Shown in pieces: positions 9,350-20,268 of a stretch of 64,000 bases of DNA. The notes beneath the pieces were generated by a model, which did not search any database, was not told the DNA's origin, and saw nothing but the letters and a program-made list of their open reading frames with translations. This DNA comes from Abditibacteriaceae bacterium (lineage in GTDB: Bacteria; Armatimonadota; Abditibacteriia; Abditibacteriales; Abditibacteriaceae). The number at the start of each line of letters is the position of its first letter. Position 1 is the stretch's first letter. The position numbers and the translations under genes are program-made. The DNA is taken from contig OZ255721.1 of the NCBI GenBank assembly GCA_965277285.1, positions 1,536,001 to 1,600,000 on the forward strand, read 5' to 3'.

Positions 9350-11089
9350 GTGAAGCGAAAGAAAACAGGACAACGAAAGACGCAGTACAAAATGCAGCCC
9401 CTGATGTGGAATCGAGTACTCGATGCGCGCTTGATTGTCGCGGGCGTCGTCGGTCTGGGTTTGGCGACAGGAACAATTGGCAATGCGCCGATGGCGAAAG
9501 CGCAGTCGTCGCGCGTTTATGCGACCGATTTAACGGACGTCGTGGCGGCGACTAACGGTGGTCGCGTGGTCGATTCGTCTTCGACTTTCAACGATGACAA
9601 ATCGTATGGCGCGACTAACCTGATCGGCGGCAAGGTTTACAATCCGAACGATAAAAGCAGCCCGAACGGTTGGGTCAGCAACAAATACGATTCGGTCAAC
9701 ATGGAATCGGTGACTTTTGGTTTCGCCGACAATGCGCTGAAAAACATCGGTAAAATCGTGCTCAACCCGAGCACGGCGGTGACGCCCGAACGCTGGGCCA
9801 AAGACATCGAAGTGCAGGTTTCGACCGATACCGCGCAAGGCCCATATCGTGCCGTCGCGCAAATTACGCTGGAACGCCAGGCCAAGCGCCAGGAGTTTTT
9901 GATTTTGCCGGCTCCGGCGCGCTTCGTGAAACTCGTCTTTCGCTCGAACTGGGGTTCGGATCGCGCCGTCGCGCTGGGTTCGGTCGAAATGTATGAAAGC
10001 ATTCCGAGCACCGATCCGGTCGGTCAACTCATCACGCGTTTGGAAGGCGCCGTCAACGATTTGAAAAAGTTCCGCGACGCGCAAAACGAAATCTCGAACG
10101 CGACATCGAGCGGCACAACGCCAGTTTCAACCAAAGGCCCGCAACTGCTGACGCCACTCAAACTCGTTTCTTCCGCTTCGATAGCCGACTACAAGGAGTC
10201 AGGCGACACCAGCAATCGCACGATATTTACAGGGAATAATGCTCCTATCGACCCATCGCTCTTGCAACTTGTCGCGGGCGAATCGAGTACTGGAACTGAG
10301 GTGGCGCCAACTGCGGCACCGACAAACGGTCGTGCGACGAACATCGCGTTGGCGTCCAACGGCGGCAAAATTGTCGATGTCTCGAGCACGTTCAACAACG
10401 ATCCGCAATATAGCGCCAACAATTTGATCGATGGCCAGAACTTTTCGCTGGGCGACGGCAAAGGTTCTTTTGGCTGGGCGAGCGAAGGTTTCGCGTCCGG
10501 CCAGCAATATGTGACGATTGGTTTCCGCGAAGATCGCACGCACGTCATCAACAAGTTCGTCCTCAATCCGGTTTCGAGCCAGAACTCGTTGCGCTGGGCG
10601 AGCCGCATCGAAGTGCAAGTGACAAGCGGCAGCCCGACAACTGGGCCGTTTCGCACGGTGGGAACGCTGACGTTGCGCCAGGAAGCGACGAACCAGGATT
10701 TCACGATTCCGCCTGTCGAAGCGAAATATGTGCGTTTCGTTTTTGTGGCGAACGGGCCGGGCAATCCTTTGCCGCAAGGCGACCCCAACGTCAGCAGCGA
10801 CCGCGCCGTTTCGCTGGGAGAAATCGAAATCTACGAACCGGCGGCGTCTTCGGGCGAGTTGGATTCGCTGATCGGTCGCTTCAATCAGGTTTTGATCGAC
10901 CTCAAGCGGATGCGCTCGCAACAGCAAATCGGTGCTTCGGCGGCTTCAACGGGCGCCGATACGTCTTCGCCCGCCGACACGACAACCCCGTCAACGACAG
11001 GCTCGGCAGCAACCGACGCGGGAACGTCTTCCACCGGTGCGTCTTCCGCCGATGCAACGATGGGCACCACAAATCCGACCACGCCATGA
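9350..11089 (+). CDS. Secreted protein with two discoidin/F5-8C-like (galactose-binding-like) domains
   Basis: Signal peptide ending AKA-Q; internal duplication (NGG.VVD.SSTFN.D..Y.A.NLI ... SDRAV.LG..E.YE) twice; Ser/Thr tail. GTG start after GGAGG. Confidence 0.7.
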   Translation: MKRKKTGQRKTQYKMQPLMWNRVLDARLIVAGVVGLGLATGTIGNAPMAKAQSSRVYATDLTDVVAATNGGRVVDSSSTFNDDKSYGATNLIGGKVYNPNDKSSPNGWVSNKYDSVNMESVTFGFADNALKNIGKIVLNPSTAVTPERWAKDIEVQVSTDTAQGPYRAVAQITLERQAKRQEFLILPAPARFVKLVFRSNWGSDRAVALGSVEMYESIPSTDPVGQLITRLEGAVNDLKKFRDAQNEISNATSSGTTPVSTKGPQLLTPLKLVSSASIADYKESGDTSNRTIFTGNNAPIDPSLLQLVAGESSTGTEVAPTAAPTNGRATNIALASNGGKIVDVSSTFNNDPQYSANNLIDGQNFSLGDGKGSFGWASEGFASGQQYVTIGFREDRTHVINKFVLNPVSSQNSLRWASRIEVQVTSGSPTTGPFRTVGTLTLRQEATNQDFTIPPVEAKYVRFVFVANGPGNPLPQGDPNVSSDRAVSLGEIEIYEPAASSGELDSLIGRFNQVLIDLKRMRSQQQIGASAASTGADTSSPADTTTPSTTGSAATDAGTSSTGASSADATMGTTNPTTP

Positions 11090-11216
11090 AGTGTTAACGG
11101 CCAAAGTGTTAACGGCGCAAAAATCCGTGTGCGGCAAAGAGTTGAGCGGACGGATTTTATTTGGCAACGCCGTTGCGATACCGTCGTATAGAACGTTGTT
11201 CTTCAGGAGAAAACTC

Positions 11217-11393
11217 ATGTCATATCGTTCTTCGTCTTATCGTTCGTCGCTTCGCCGTCCACCGCTGCGCGCCAAAGCCGTCCCGATGCCGCGTCCTCAA
11301 GAGCGCCTGCTCAAAGCCGCGCGATTGTGGTTGCCTTTGACATTCGGCGCTGTCGCCGCTTTCGCGCTGTGGAGCCAATTCATCGTTCGCTAA
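11217..11393 (+). CDS. Small basic membrane protein (58 aa)
   Basis: AGGAGA RBS, C-terminal hydrophobic helix, followed by a terminator. Confidence 0.6.
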   Translation: MSYRSSSYRSSLRRPPLRAKAVPMPRPQERLLKAARLWLPLTFGAVAAFALWSQFIVR

Positions 11394-11411
11394 TTCCTTT
11401 ATTCAGACACC

Positions 11412-11451
11412 AAAAGCCGCCGTGACTTATGCAAATGTCGCGGCGGCTTTT
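11412..11451 (+). terminator. Intrinsic terminator
   Basis: AAAAGCCGCCGTGAC-N10-GTCGCGGCGGCTTTT. Confidence 0.8.
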
Positions 11452-11460
11452 CGTCTTATT

Positions 11461-11545
11461 GAAGAACCCGAAGCGTCAGCGACGGGTGAAATAACAGTTT
11501 GATGGGCGTGTTATTTCACCCATCGCTGACGCTCAGGGTTCTTTC
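11461..11545. repeat. REP-like family A inverted pair
   Basis: GAACCCGAAGCGTCAGCGACGGGTGAAATAAC ... GTTATTTCACCCATCGCTGACGCTCAGGGTTC. Confidence 0.85.
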
Positions 11546-11637
11546 TACAGTAAAAAGAGCAATGACACTGAAATGTCATTGCTCTTTTGCGTTATCGAGT
11601 ACTCGATTGTGGTTTGGTCGTGTTTGGCACGAGCGTC

Positions 11638-11901
11638 TTAGTCGTTTGCATCGCTCGTTGATGGAATGGACGGCAACGACGCGTTGGAAATTGCGTCGGC
11701 GGCTGCGGCATCCGCTTTAGTGGCGACTTCGCTCACTTTCGCATGAACTTCTTCGGCTTTGGCGTGAACCGCGTCAACCGTGTTGGGCATACGTCCCGAC
11801 AATTTATCTTGCAACATCGAGCGACGCACTTCGCCCAATTCAGGATCGAACAAGTACATCAAGCCGGCACCAATACCCAAAGTCAACAAAGTTTTTTTCA
11901 T
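11638..11901 (-). CDS. YtxH-like small protein
   Basis: LGIGAGLMYLFDPELGEVRR motif; GAGGAG RBS. Confidence 0.75.
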   Translation of the reverse strand: MKKTLLTLGIGAGLMYLFDPELGEVRRSMLQDKLSGRMPNTVDAVHAKAEEVHAKVSEVATKADAAAADAISNASLPSIPSTSDAND

Positions 11902-12254
11902 TGTGGTTTCTCCTCAAATTTTCGACAATGGCGCGCCTAAGTTGCAGTTTGAATGCCACAGAACCAAGTTCGCCTGATGCTGTGGCACTTTGCCGCTTGT
12001 GTCCTTGATTTGAATATGCTTTTTCAGCGGACTGTGCTCTTCCAGCGTCGCGCCCGCTTCCTTGAAGCCCTGATATCCAAACGCTCGGAAAAGTAGGTCG
12101 CAAAAAACCTGCGCTTCAATAGTCATGAATAAATGGTAGCAAAAACGAAGACGAATTATTGAGTACTCGATTTGACTAAAAATATATTTGTGTGATTGAA
12201 ATACAGTGTGTTACAATCTCGGCGCCTCTCACCCACGACGCACCAGGATTTTGC

Positions 12255-15200
12255 ATGCGCATTATTTCTCGGAAACCGTTCGCTGTCCGCAAACTTTCGA
12301 CGACTTGGCTTGCCGCTCTCGCCGCTTTTTCGGTAGGCATTAAAGCTCAGGCGCAATCGTCGCAGCCGTCTTACAAAGTCACGGTCGTGCCTTTAGCGGC
12401 AGATGTTCAACAGGGAAATTCTCCCATAGCTTTCAATAATGCGGGCCAGATGATAACTTCGGCGTGGTTCAGCACGCCGAACTATTACGGTTATCGTATT
12501 TCGCGTTATGGTGCTGATGGGTTAATAGACATTTGTAACGTGAATAATGACGCTTATCGAGGCTCGTTTTTTCTCAACCAATTGGGACAAATCGCCGGAC
12601 GTATGAATCCGGTCGCAGGTGCTTCTAACTTTCACGCTCTTTTCTTCGATGGACAAAACGCGCACGATCTGGGAACTTTGGGCGGAACGCAAAGTTATAG
12701 CGCGGGTATTAACGACGCCGGTCAGATCGTGGGCACTTCCGATACGGGCGTTGGCACCAACCGGCAAGGTTTTCTTTTCGGCGGTGCGGTGATGCAAGGA
12801 CTAAACGTCGGAGGTGTAAGCAGCGATGCGACAGGCATCAACAACGGCGGCGACATTACTGGCTCGTATGACACAGCAACCAGCCCGACTTACAGCGAGC
12901 ACCATGCGTATGTCATTCACAACGGCGTTTTTACTGATCTCGGCAAGCTTACGGCCAGCGAAAGCCGGGCGACTGGCATTAACGACGCTGGGCAAATCAT
13001 GGGCAGCCTGCGTTTTCCCGATTACAGCAGTCACGCGTTTCGCTATAGAAATGGCGTAATGAGCGATCTGGGAACACTGGGCGGAGCCTCCAGCACGGCG
13101 ACCGATATCAACGCGGCGGGTGATGTCGTCGGTCAATCGCAAACTGCGATTCAGGGAAGTTCGAGTTTGGCGAATCACGGTTTTATATGTGGCGCCGATG
13201 GCGTGATGCGAGATCTGGGTTCTTTAAACGGCGCTACAAGCGATAGCCGCGCCGCGGACATCAATGACAATGGTCAAATCGTCGGCTGGTCATATTCGTG
13301 GGACGGCTCGCAATCGGGTTTCGTCTACAGCAACGGCCAGATGTTTGACTTGAATTACTCCATCAATAGTCAATTGGGCTGGCATATCACCAGCGCCGAG
13401 TTCGTCAATAATAGCGGGAAAATTGCTGCCATCGGGCACGATAGCAGCGGTAACTCGCGCGCTTTGCTGCTGACGCCAAACGCGCTTCCCGTCACTCATG
13501 CGGACAACGCAACGGTCGCTCAAGACAGCACTGACAACGTGATTCGAGTACTCGATAACGACACAGATGCCGATGGAGACCCGCTGACGTTAGCCAACTA
13601 CCTGTGGGCTTCTAACGGCACAGTTAAATGTAGTGCGGATAACCAGACGGTTTTATACACGCCCAACGCCGGTTTCGTCGGCACCGATACGATTTCTTAT
13701 TATGCTTCGGACGGCTCGGGAGTTTCAGGAGGAACAGTCAACGTCACCGTTACTGCGAACAGCGCCGGACTTGTGGCCGATGATCAAACAGTTGCAACCA
13801 ATGAAGACACTCCTAAAAGCATTGTGCTAACGGCGCACTCGGCCGCAACACAAACCATCGACAGTTACGTCGTTACGACCCTGCCCGCATTTGGCACATT
13901 GAGCGGAACAGCGCCCAACCTCGTCTATACGCCAAACGCCAACTACAATGGCACCGACGCTTTCGTTTTTCGCGCCTTCAGCGGCACCAAAGGAAGCAAC
14001 AACGCAACGGTCAACCTCACCATTAAGGCAGTCAACGACGCACCAATTGCGAGCGCTCAATCTGTGACGACAAACGAAGACACCACCAAAAGCCTCATTC
14101 TTTCTGCAACTGATGTAGACGGCGATACACTTTCGTATGCCGTTGTCGCTTCGCCATCGCATGGCACGTTGAGCGGAACTGCGCCAAACCTGATTTATAC
14201 GCCGAACGCCAACTACAACGGCAGCGATTCGTTCACCTTCAAGGCGAACGACGGAACAGTGGACAGCAACGTCGCAACTGTATCATTGACAATTGTTGCC
14301 GTGCACGATCCAGCTGTGGCGCTTCCACAATCGGTTCAATTGCCAGAAGACACAACAAAGGCCATCACTTTGACGGCCACAAACGTGGACGGAGACCCCC
14401 TTTGGTTTGGAGTTCTCAAACCCCCGACGCATGGCACGTTGAGCGGAACCGCGCCCAATCTCGTTTATACGCCGAACGCCAACTACAACGGGCCGGACAG
14501 CTTTCTATTTGGCGCTAACTCCGTTTACGATTCTTTGGTCAGCCCGGCGACGGTCAGCCTTACTGTCACGCCCGTCAACGATGCGCCCGTATCGAGTACT
14601 CAATCAGTGAATTTGGATGAGGACACCAGCAAAAACATCACGCTTGCGGCAACCGATGTTGATGGCGATGCGCTTTCTTTTAGCGTTGTAACGCAGCCAG
14701 TGAATGGCACTCTGATAGGAACCGCGCCAAACGTTGTCTACACGCCAAACGCGAATTTCAACGGTGCAGATTCTTTTTCGTTCAAAGCGAACGATGGAAA
14801 TCTCGACAGCAACATCTCGACAGTTTCGATCACGGTGAACCCGGTCAACGATGCGCCAATTGCCAATAACCAGAGTGTTGCTGTGGACGAGGATTTGGGA
14901 GGCTTAATCACATTAACGGCCTCCGATATAGACAGTCCTGTTCTTCGCTACAGTATCGTCAGCAATCCATCGCATGGCGTCGTCAGTATTACGAGTGGAA
15001 GTCCTAACATTTCATATAAGCCCAACGCTTATTACTACGGGCCGGATTCGTTCACCTTCAAAGCAAACGACGGCAGCCTCGACAGCAATACTGCGACGGT
15101 GAGCATTACGGTCAGGCACGTCAACCACGCGCCATCTGCAATTTCACAAACCTTGTCCATCAAACAAGATACATCGTTGCCTGTAATACTCAGCGCGACG

Positions 15201-16556
15201 GATGTGGATAACGATCCGCTCACTTACGTCGTGACCGCTCAACCATCGCACGGAACGCTCAGCGGCACAGCGCCGAACCTGGTTTACACGCCCGTCGCTC
15301 ACTACACGGGCGCCGATAATTTCTCGTTCACGGCGAACGATGGCCAGGCCACCAGCCTTGCGGCTCTTGTCGTCATCAATATCACGCGCGTCAACCATCC
15401 AGTTGTAGCTGTTCCCGATTCTAAAACAGTACTGCAAGACAGCGATTGGGCGCCCATTAGCGTGTTGAGCAACGATCAGGACATTGATGGCATCGGGTTC
15501 AGTTTGTGGGGTATCTCATCCGCGACCTCGCAACAAGGCGGCAGTGTTCGCATGAACAGCGATAACACTGTCTCCTACAAGCCCGCGCCCGGTTTCAGCG
15601 GCACAGACACCTTTTCCTATACCATTCAGGACAATTACGGACTGCGCTCAACGGCGCTCGTGACGGTTACCGTAACTCACGTCAATCACGCGCCGGTATC
15701 GAGTACTCAATCGGTCTCCACCAACCAGGATACAGCGAAAAACATCACGCTTTCCGCCAGCGATGTTGACGGCGATGCGCTGACTTATTCGGTTGTCACT
15801 GCGCCTGTTCATGGCACCTTGAGCGGCACAGCGCCGAATCTGGTTTACACGCCGAGCGCTGGCTATACTGGACAAGATTCGTTCACCTTCAAAGCCAATG
15901 ATGGAAAGCTCGACAGCAACACAGCGATTGTCAACATCACAGTTGTGCCCGTCAACCATGCGCCGGTCGCCAGTTCTCAAAGCGTGACGACGACGCAGAA
16001 CACCGCCAAAAGCATCACTTTGGTGGCGACAGATGTCGATGGCAACAACTTGACATACGCGGTTGTGACGCAGCCCACCAATGGCACGCTTTCGGGAACA
16101 GGCGCGACCCTGATTTACACGCCGTGCTCTGGTTTTTCGGGCAGCGATTCGTTTACCTTCAAAGCCAATGACGGCTCGCTCAACAGCAATGTCGCAACCA
16201 TCAGCATTAACGTGACGCCGGTTGTCGTCGCCAGCAATTTCGTTGTCACCTACAAAGTCTCCTCGCAGTGGAACAACGGCTTCAACGCCGACGTGACGAT
16301 CAAGAACAACGGCCCGGCTGTCAACGGCTGGACATTGACGTGGGTATTCCCCAATGGCCAGGTCGTCAGCAATATGTGGAACGCGACTTCCACGCAAAGC
16401 GGCGCCAACGTTTCGGCCAAAGATGCTGGTTGGAACAAAGCTATCCCGACTGGCGGCACAGCGAGTTTCGGCTTCACAGCCAGCTACAACAGTGTCACTA
16501 ATGGTAAGCCAACCACGTTTAAACTCAACGGCCAAACTTGCACCATCGCGCCGTAA
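12255..16556 (+). CDS. Large secreted protein: HAF repeats, about 10 cadherin/Ig-like (tandem-95) repeats, C-terminal CBM2
   Basis: DLGTLGG..S.A..IN..GQIVG repeats; NDAP...HGTLSGTAPNLVYTP...DSFTFKANDG repeats; C-terminal SQWNNGFNADVTI...WNA...WN...FGF...LNGQTC. Confidence 0.9.
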   Translation: MRIISRKPFAVRKLSTTWLAALAAFSVGIKAQAQSSQPSYKVTVVPLAADVQQGNSPIAFNNAGQMITSAWFSTPNYYGYRISRYGADGLIDICNVNNDAYRGSFFLNQLGQIAGRMNPVAGASNFHALFFDGQNAHDLGTLGGTQSYSAGINDAGQIVGTSDTGVGTNRQGFLFGGAVMQGLNVGGVSSDATGINNGGDITGSYDTATSPTYSEHHAYVIHNGVFTDLGKLTASESRATGINDAGQIMGSLRFPDYSSHAFRYRNGVMSDLGTLGGASSTATDINAAGDVVGQSQTAIQGSSSLANHGFICGADGVMRDLGSLNGATSDSRAADINDNGQIVGWSYSWDGSQSGFVYSNGQMFDLNYSINSQLGWHITSAEFVNNSGKIAAIGHDSSGNSRALLLTPNALPVTHADNATVAQDSTDNVIRVLDNDTDADGDPLTLANYLWASNGTVKCSADNQTVLYTPNAGFVGTDTISYYASDGSGVSGGTVNVTVTANSAGLVADDQTVATNEDTPKSIVLTAHSAATQTIDSYVVTTLPAFGTLSGTAPNLVYTPNANYNGTDAFVFRAFSGTKGSNNATVNLTIKAVNDAPIASAQSVTTNEDTTKSLILSATDVDGDTLSYAVVASPSHGTLSGTAPNLIYTPNANYNGSDSFTFKANDGTVDSNVATVSLTIVAVHDPAVALPQSVQLPEDTTKAITLTATNVDGDPLWFGVLKPPTHGTLSGTAPNLVYTPNANYNGPDSFLFGANSVYDSLVSPATVSLTVTPVNDAPVSSTQSVNLDEDTSKNITLAATDVDGDALSFSVVTQPVNGTLIGTAPNVVYTPNANFNGADSFSFKANDGNLDSNISTVSITVNPVNDAPIANNQSVAVDEDLGGLITLTASDIDSPVLRYSIVSNPSHGVVSITSGSPNISYKPNAYYYGPDSFTFKANDGSLDSNTATVSITVRHVNHAPSAISQTLSIKQDTSLPVILSATDVDNDPLTYVVTAQPSHGTLSGTAPNLVYTPVAHYTGADNFSFTANDGQATSLAALVVINITRVNHPVVAVPDSKTVLQDSDWAPISVLSNDQDIDGIGFSLWGISSATSQQGGSVRMNSDNTVSYKPAPGFSGTDTFSYTIQDNYGLRSTALVTVTVTHVNHAPVSSTQSVSTNQDTAKNITLSASDVDGDALTYSVVTAPVHGTLSGTAPNLVYTPSAGYTGQDSFTFKANDGKLDSNTAIVNITVVPVNHAPVASSQSVTTTQNTAKSITLVATDVDGNNLTYAVVTQPTNGTLSGTGATLIYTPCSGFSGSDSFTFKANDGSLNSNVATISINVTPVVVASNFVVTYKVSSQWNNGFNADVTIKNNGPAVNGWTLTWVFPNGQVVSNMWNATSTQSGANVSAKDAGWNKAIPTGGTASFGFTASYNSVTNGKPTTFKLNGQTCTIAP

Positions 16557-16568
16557 AAAGGAGCAAAG

Positions 16569-16608
16569 AAAAGGCTCCAGCATCGTTGGTTGATGCTGGA
16601 GCCTTTTT
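16569..16608. terminator. Bidirectional terminator between convergent adhesin and clpB
   Basis: AAAAGGCTCCAGCATC-N7-GATGCTGGAGCCTTTTT. Confidence 0.85.
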
Positions 16609-16625
16609 GTATTTCGAGTACTCAA

Positions 16626-19304
16626 TTACACGACAACTTCGCTTTCAACACTCTTCTTGCGAAACACCAACTGTCCTTCGTGTCCGGCCTCGACTTCAAC
16701 CGTGTCGCCGTCGCGGAATGTGCCATCGAGTACTCGTTTCGCCAAAGCGTCCTGAATCAGGCGCTGAATCGCGCGTTTGAGCGGCCTTGCGCCATAAGTC
16801 GGGTCGTAGCCTTCTTCGGCCACGATGTCGCGCGCCGCATCGGTTAATTCCAGCGTGATGCCGCGTTCTGCCAGGCGCTTTTTCAAACTCGCCAGTTGAA
16901 TCTCGACGATGAACTTGAGCTGCTCGCGTCCCAGCGGATTGAAGGTAATCACTTCGTCAATGCGGTTCAAAAACTCCGGTCGGAAGTGGTTGCGCAGCAC
17001 TTCCCAGATGCGTTCGCGCAAAATCGGATCGTTGCTCGCATCGCCGCCCTGAATCAATTGCGTGCCCAGGTTGGATGTCATAATCACGACCGTGTTGCGG
17101 AAGTCAACCGTGCGCCCTTGTCCGTCGGTCAAGCGCCCATCATCCAAAAGTTGCAGCATGACATTGAAGACATCGCCGTGCGCTTTCTCGATTTCGTCGA
17201 ACAAAATCACACTATACGGGCGACGGCGAACCGCTTCGGTCAATTGCCCGCCTTCTTCGTAGCCGACGTAGCCCGGAGGCGCGCCCAGCAAACGCGCGAC
17301 GCTGTGCTTTTCCATGAATTCGCTCATGTCGATGCGAATCATGGCGCGCTCGTCGTCGAATAAGAACTCGGCTAAAGCGCGCGCCAGTTCGGTTTTGCCA
17401 ACGCCCGTCGGCCCCAAGAAGATGAAACTTCCAATCGGGCGATTCGGGTCTTGAAGTCCCGCCCGCGCACGTCGAACCGCGTCCGCGACGCTTTCCAGCG
17501 CGGCATCTTGACCGACAACGCGCAAGCGCAGGTTGTCTTCCATCTGCAGCAACTTCTGCATTTCGGCTTCCATCAGGCGCGAAACCGGAATGCCCGTCCA
17601 TTTCGCCACCACTTCGGCGATGTCTTCCTCATCGACTTCTTCCTTCAACATCTGACCGGCGCCCTGCCGCTCTTGCAGATGCACGGTTTCGAGTTCCAAT
17701 TCGCGGCGCAGTTGCGGCAGCGTGCCATAGCGAAGTTCGGCTGCGCGTCCCAAATCGGCGGCTTGCGTCGCTTGCTCGGCTTCAAATTCGGTTTGCTCGA
17801 TCTTTTCTTTCAACGCCGACAGTTTGCCAATGGCGTCTTTCTCGTTTTGCCACTGCGTTTTCAATTGGCCAGACTTTTCCTGCAATTCGGCCAACTCGCG
17901 CTCGATACGTTCCAAACGTTCCTGCGTCGCACTTCGAGTACTCGATTCGCTGCTTGCGCCGAATCCCGAACCTTTCAATTCGCGGTTCAAGGCTTCGCGC
18001 TCGATTTCAAGCTGCATAATGCGCCGCTCGATTTCATCAATTTCGGTCGGCATCGAAGCGATTTCGATGCGCAGTTTCGAGGCGGCTTCGTCCATCAAGT
18101 CAATTGCTTTGTCCGGCAAAAAGCGGTCGCTGATGTAACGATTGCTTAAAACGGCAGCCGAAACCAACGCCGCGTCTTTGATGCGCACCTTGTGATGCAC
18201 TTCGTACTTTTCTTTCAGGCCGCGCAAAATCGCAATCGTGTCTTCGACCGAAGGTTCGCCAACCGTAATCGGCTGAAAACGGCGTTCCAGAGCCGCGTCT
18301 TTTTCGATGTGTTTGCGATATTCATCCAGCGTCGTGGCGCCGACGCAGCGCAGTTCGCCGCGCGCCAGCATCGGTTTCAGCAAGTTCGCCGCATCGACCG
18401 CGCCTTCGGCTGCGCCCGCACCAACCAGCGTGTGGATCTCGTCAATGAACAGGATAATTTCGCCTTCGCTGCGCGTAATTTCCTTCAAGACGGCTTTCAA
18501 GCGATCTTCAAACTCGCCGCGATATTTGGCGCCCGCGATCAGCGCGCCCAGATCAAGCGACAAAACGCGTTTGTCTTTGAGCGTTTCCGGCACGTCGCCG
18601 CGCGCGATGCGTTGCGCCAAACCTTCGACAATCGCCGTTTTGCCAACGCCAGGTTCGCCAATTAAAACTGGATTGTTTTTGGTGCGACGACTCAAAACTT
18701 GAATAACGCGCCGAATCTCTTCATCACGCCCAATCACCGGATCCAATTTGCCTTTGCGCGCATCGCCGGTCAGGTCGCGCGTGAATTTTTCCAGCGCCTC
18801 ATATTTTTCTTCGGGATTCTGATCGGTTACGCGCTGTCCGCCGCGCACTTGCGCCAGAGCGTTCAAAATCTTCTCGTGCGTGACGCCGTTCTGTTTCAGC
18901 AAGCCGCCCGCGAAGCCTTTGTCCAAAGCAATTCCGATCAGCAAATGCTCGGTCGAAAGATACTCGTCTTTCAAATCACGCATCGCTTTGTCCGCTGCAC
19001 CAATCGCGCCGCCCGTTCCGTCGCGGTTATTTCCGCCCAATCGAGTACTCAATGTGCGCCCAGATTCCACGCCCTGAACCTTCGGACGCCGCGCCAATTC
19101 GCTTTCCACTTCGCGCGTCAACGTCGCCACATTCGCTTCCAGTTTCTGCAACAACGGTGTTGTCGTACCTTCGTTTTGACGCAGCAAAGCCAGCAACAAA
19201 TGCTCGACATCAATCTCCTGATGCCCATATTGACTGGCCAAACTCTGCGCGCTTTGCAAGCTTTCGCCCGCTTTCACTGTCCATTTATTAAGGTCTAAAG
19301 CCAT
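16626..19304 (-). CDS. clpB: ATP-dependent chaperone ClpB
   Basis: Two AAA modules ([16 protein letters not shown]), coiled-coil middle domain (AAELRYG), [18 protein letters not shown] before ATG 19304. Confidence 0.98.
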   Translation of the reverse strand: MALDLNKWTVKAGESLQSAQSLASQYGHQEIDVEHLLLALLRQNEGTTTPLLQKLEANVATLTREVESELARRPKVQGVESGRTLSTRLGGNNRDGTGGAIGAADKAMRDLKDEYLSTEHLLIGIALDKGFAGGLLKQNGVTHEKILNALAQVRGGQRVTDQNPEEKYEALEKFTRDLTGDARKGKLDPVIGRDEEIRRVIQVLSRRTKNNPVLIGEPGVGKTAIVEGLAQRIARGDVPETLKDKRVLSLDLGALIAGAKYRGEFEDRLKAVLKEITRSEGEIILFIDEIHTLVGAGAAEGAVDAANLLKPMLARGELRCVGATTLDEYRKHIEKDAALERRFQPITVGEPSVEDTIAILRGLKEKYEVHHKVRIKDAALVSAAVLSNRYISDRFLPDKAIDLMDEAASKLRIEIASMPTEIDEIERRIMQLEIEREALNRELKGSGFGASSESSTRSATQERLERIERELAELQEKSGQLKTQWQNEKDAIGKLSALKEKIEQTEFEAEQATQAADLGRAAELRYGTLPQLRRELELETVHLQERQGAGQMLKEEVDEEDIAEVVAKWTGIPVSRLMEAEMQKLLQMEDNLRLRVVGQDAALESVADAVRRARAGLQDPNRPIGSFIFLGPTGVGKTELARALAEFLFDDERAMIRIDMSEFMEKHSVARLLGAPPGYVGYEEGGQLTEAVRRRPYSVILFDEIEKAHGDVFNVMLQLLDDGRLTDGQGRTVDFRNTVVIMTSNLGTQLIQGGDASNDPILRERIWEVLRNHFRPEFLNRIDEVITFNPLGREQLKFIVEIQLASLKKRLAERGITLELTDAARDIVAEEGYDPTYGARPLKRAIQRLIQDALAKRVLDGTFRDGDTVEVEAGHEGQLVFRKKSVESEVVV

Positions 19305-19322
19305 CTTCCACACCTCATTCCA

Positions 19323-19343
19323 CTTGATAATAATACACTCAAG
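19323..19343. promoter_or_regulatory. HAIR-type (HspR) operator upstream of clpB
   Basis: CTTGATA-ATAATAC-ACTCAAG versus consensus CTTGAGT-N7-ACTCAAG. Confidence 0.75.
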
Positions 19344-19422
19344 GTAAGACGCAAAGTTCATGCTATGGTTGCGCTCTTTTCAAGAGTTTTGAGTTTTGCG
19401 ATCTTCGTGTTACAATCGCGTC

Positions 19423-20198
19423 ATGTTTAGAAACCGTCCACTTTTGGCGCTGCTTCCGGTTTTGCTTTTGTCGGCGGCGATGGTTTTGTCGGCGTTGGTT
19501 ATTGCGCGCGCTTTCGTCCGCACACGTTCCAGCGATGACGGCATTCGCGTTATTGGTTCGGCGCGCAAGCCGATTCGCTCCGATTTCATCATCTGGAAAG
19601 GGCGCATCACGCAAACGGCGCCGACCGTGACCGTGGCGTATGCGCAATTAAAAGCGAACATCGTCAAAGTCGAAGATTACATTCGGAGCAAAGGCGTTCC
19701 GCAATCGGAGATTGTGCCGAACGCGGTCAACATCAAAACGCTGTACGCGAAAGTGGCGGGCGATAATTCGTCGCCGTCATCGGATGAAGATACTTCGGGT
19801 GCGGGCACTTACCGTCCGATTCAAGGTTACCAATTGTCGCAGGAAATCGAAGTGCGTTCGAGCAACGTGCCTCTGGTGGATGCAATTTCGCGCCAGTCCA
19901 CAGAACTCATCAGCACCGGCGTGCCATTTGTTTCTTCGGCGCCGATGTACCTTTACACCAAGCTGAGCGATCTCAAAGTAACGATGCAGGCCGAGGCCGC
20001 GCATGATGCTCGCGCTCGCGCCGACAGATTGCGGCGAACAGCGGTTGTCGTCTGGGCGCGGTGCGTTACGCTCGCATGAGCGCGCCGGACATTACGCCGT
20101 TGTATTCGACGCAGGAATCGGATGGCGGCGTGGACGACACATCTTCTCTGGACAAGAAAATTACGGCTGTCGTTGTAGTCTCTTACGCGGCTGATTAA
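19423..20198 (+). pseudogene. SIMPL (DUF541) domain protein, frameshifted near 20025
   Basis: First frame runs to ...ARARAD; adding one C restores QIAANSGCRLGAVRYARM...DDTSSLDKKITAVVVVSYAAD* ending at TAA 20196-20198. May be a sequencing error. Confidence 0.8.
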
Positions 20199-20268
20199 AA
20201 GGAAGAAGTGAAACTCGCACGTTATCGAGTACTCGATAATCGTACAGGCGCGTCAAGCGCCAAATGCG

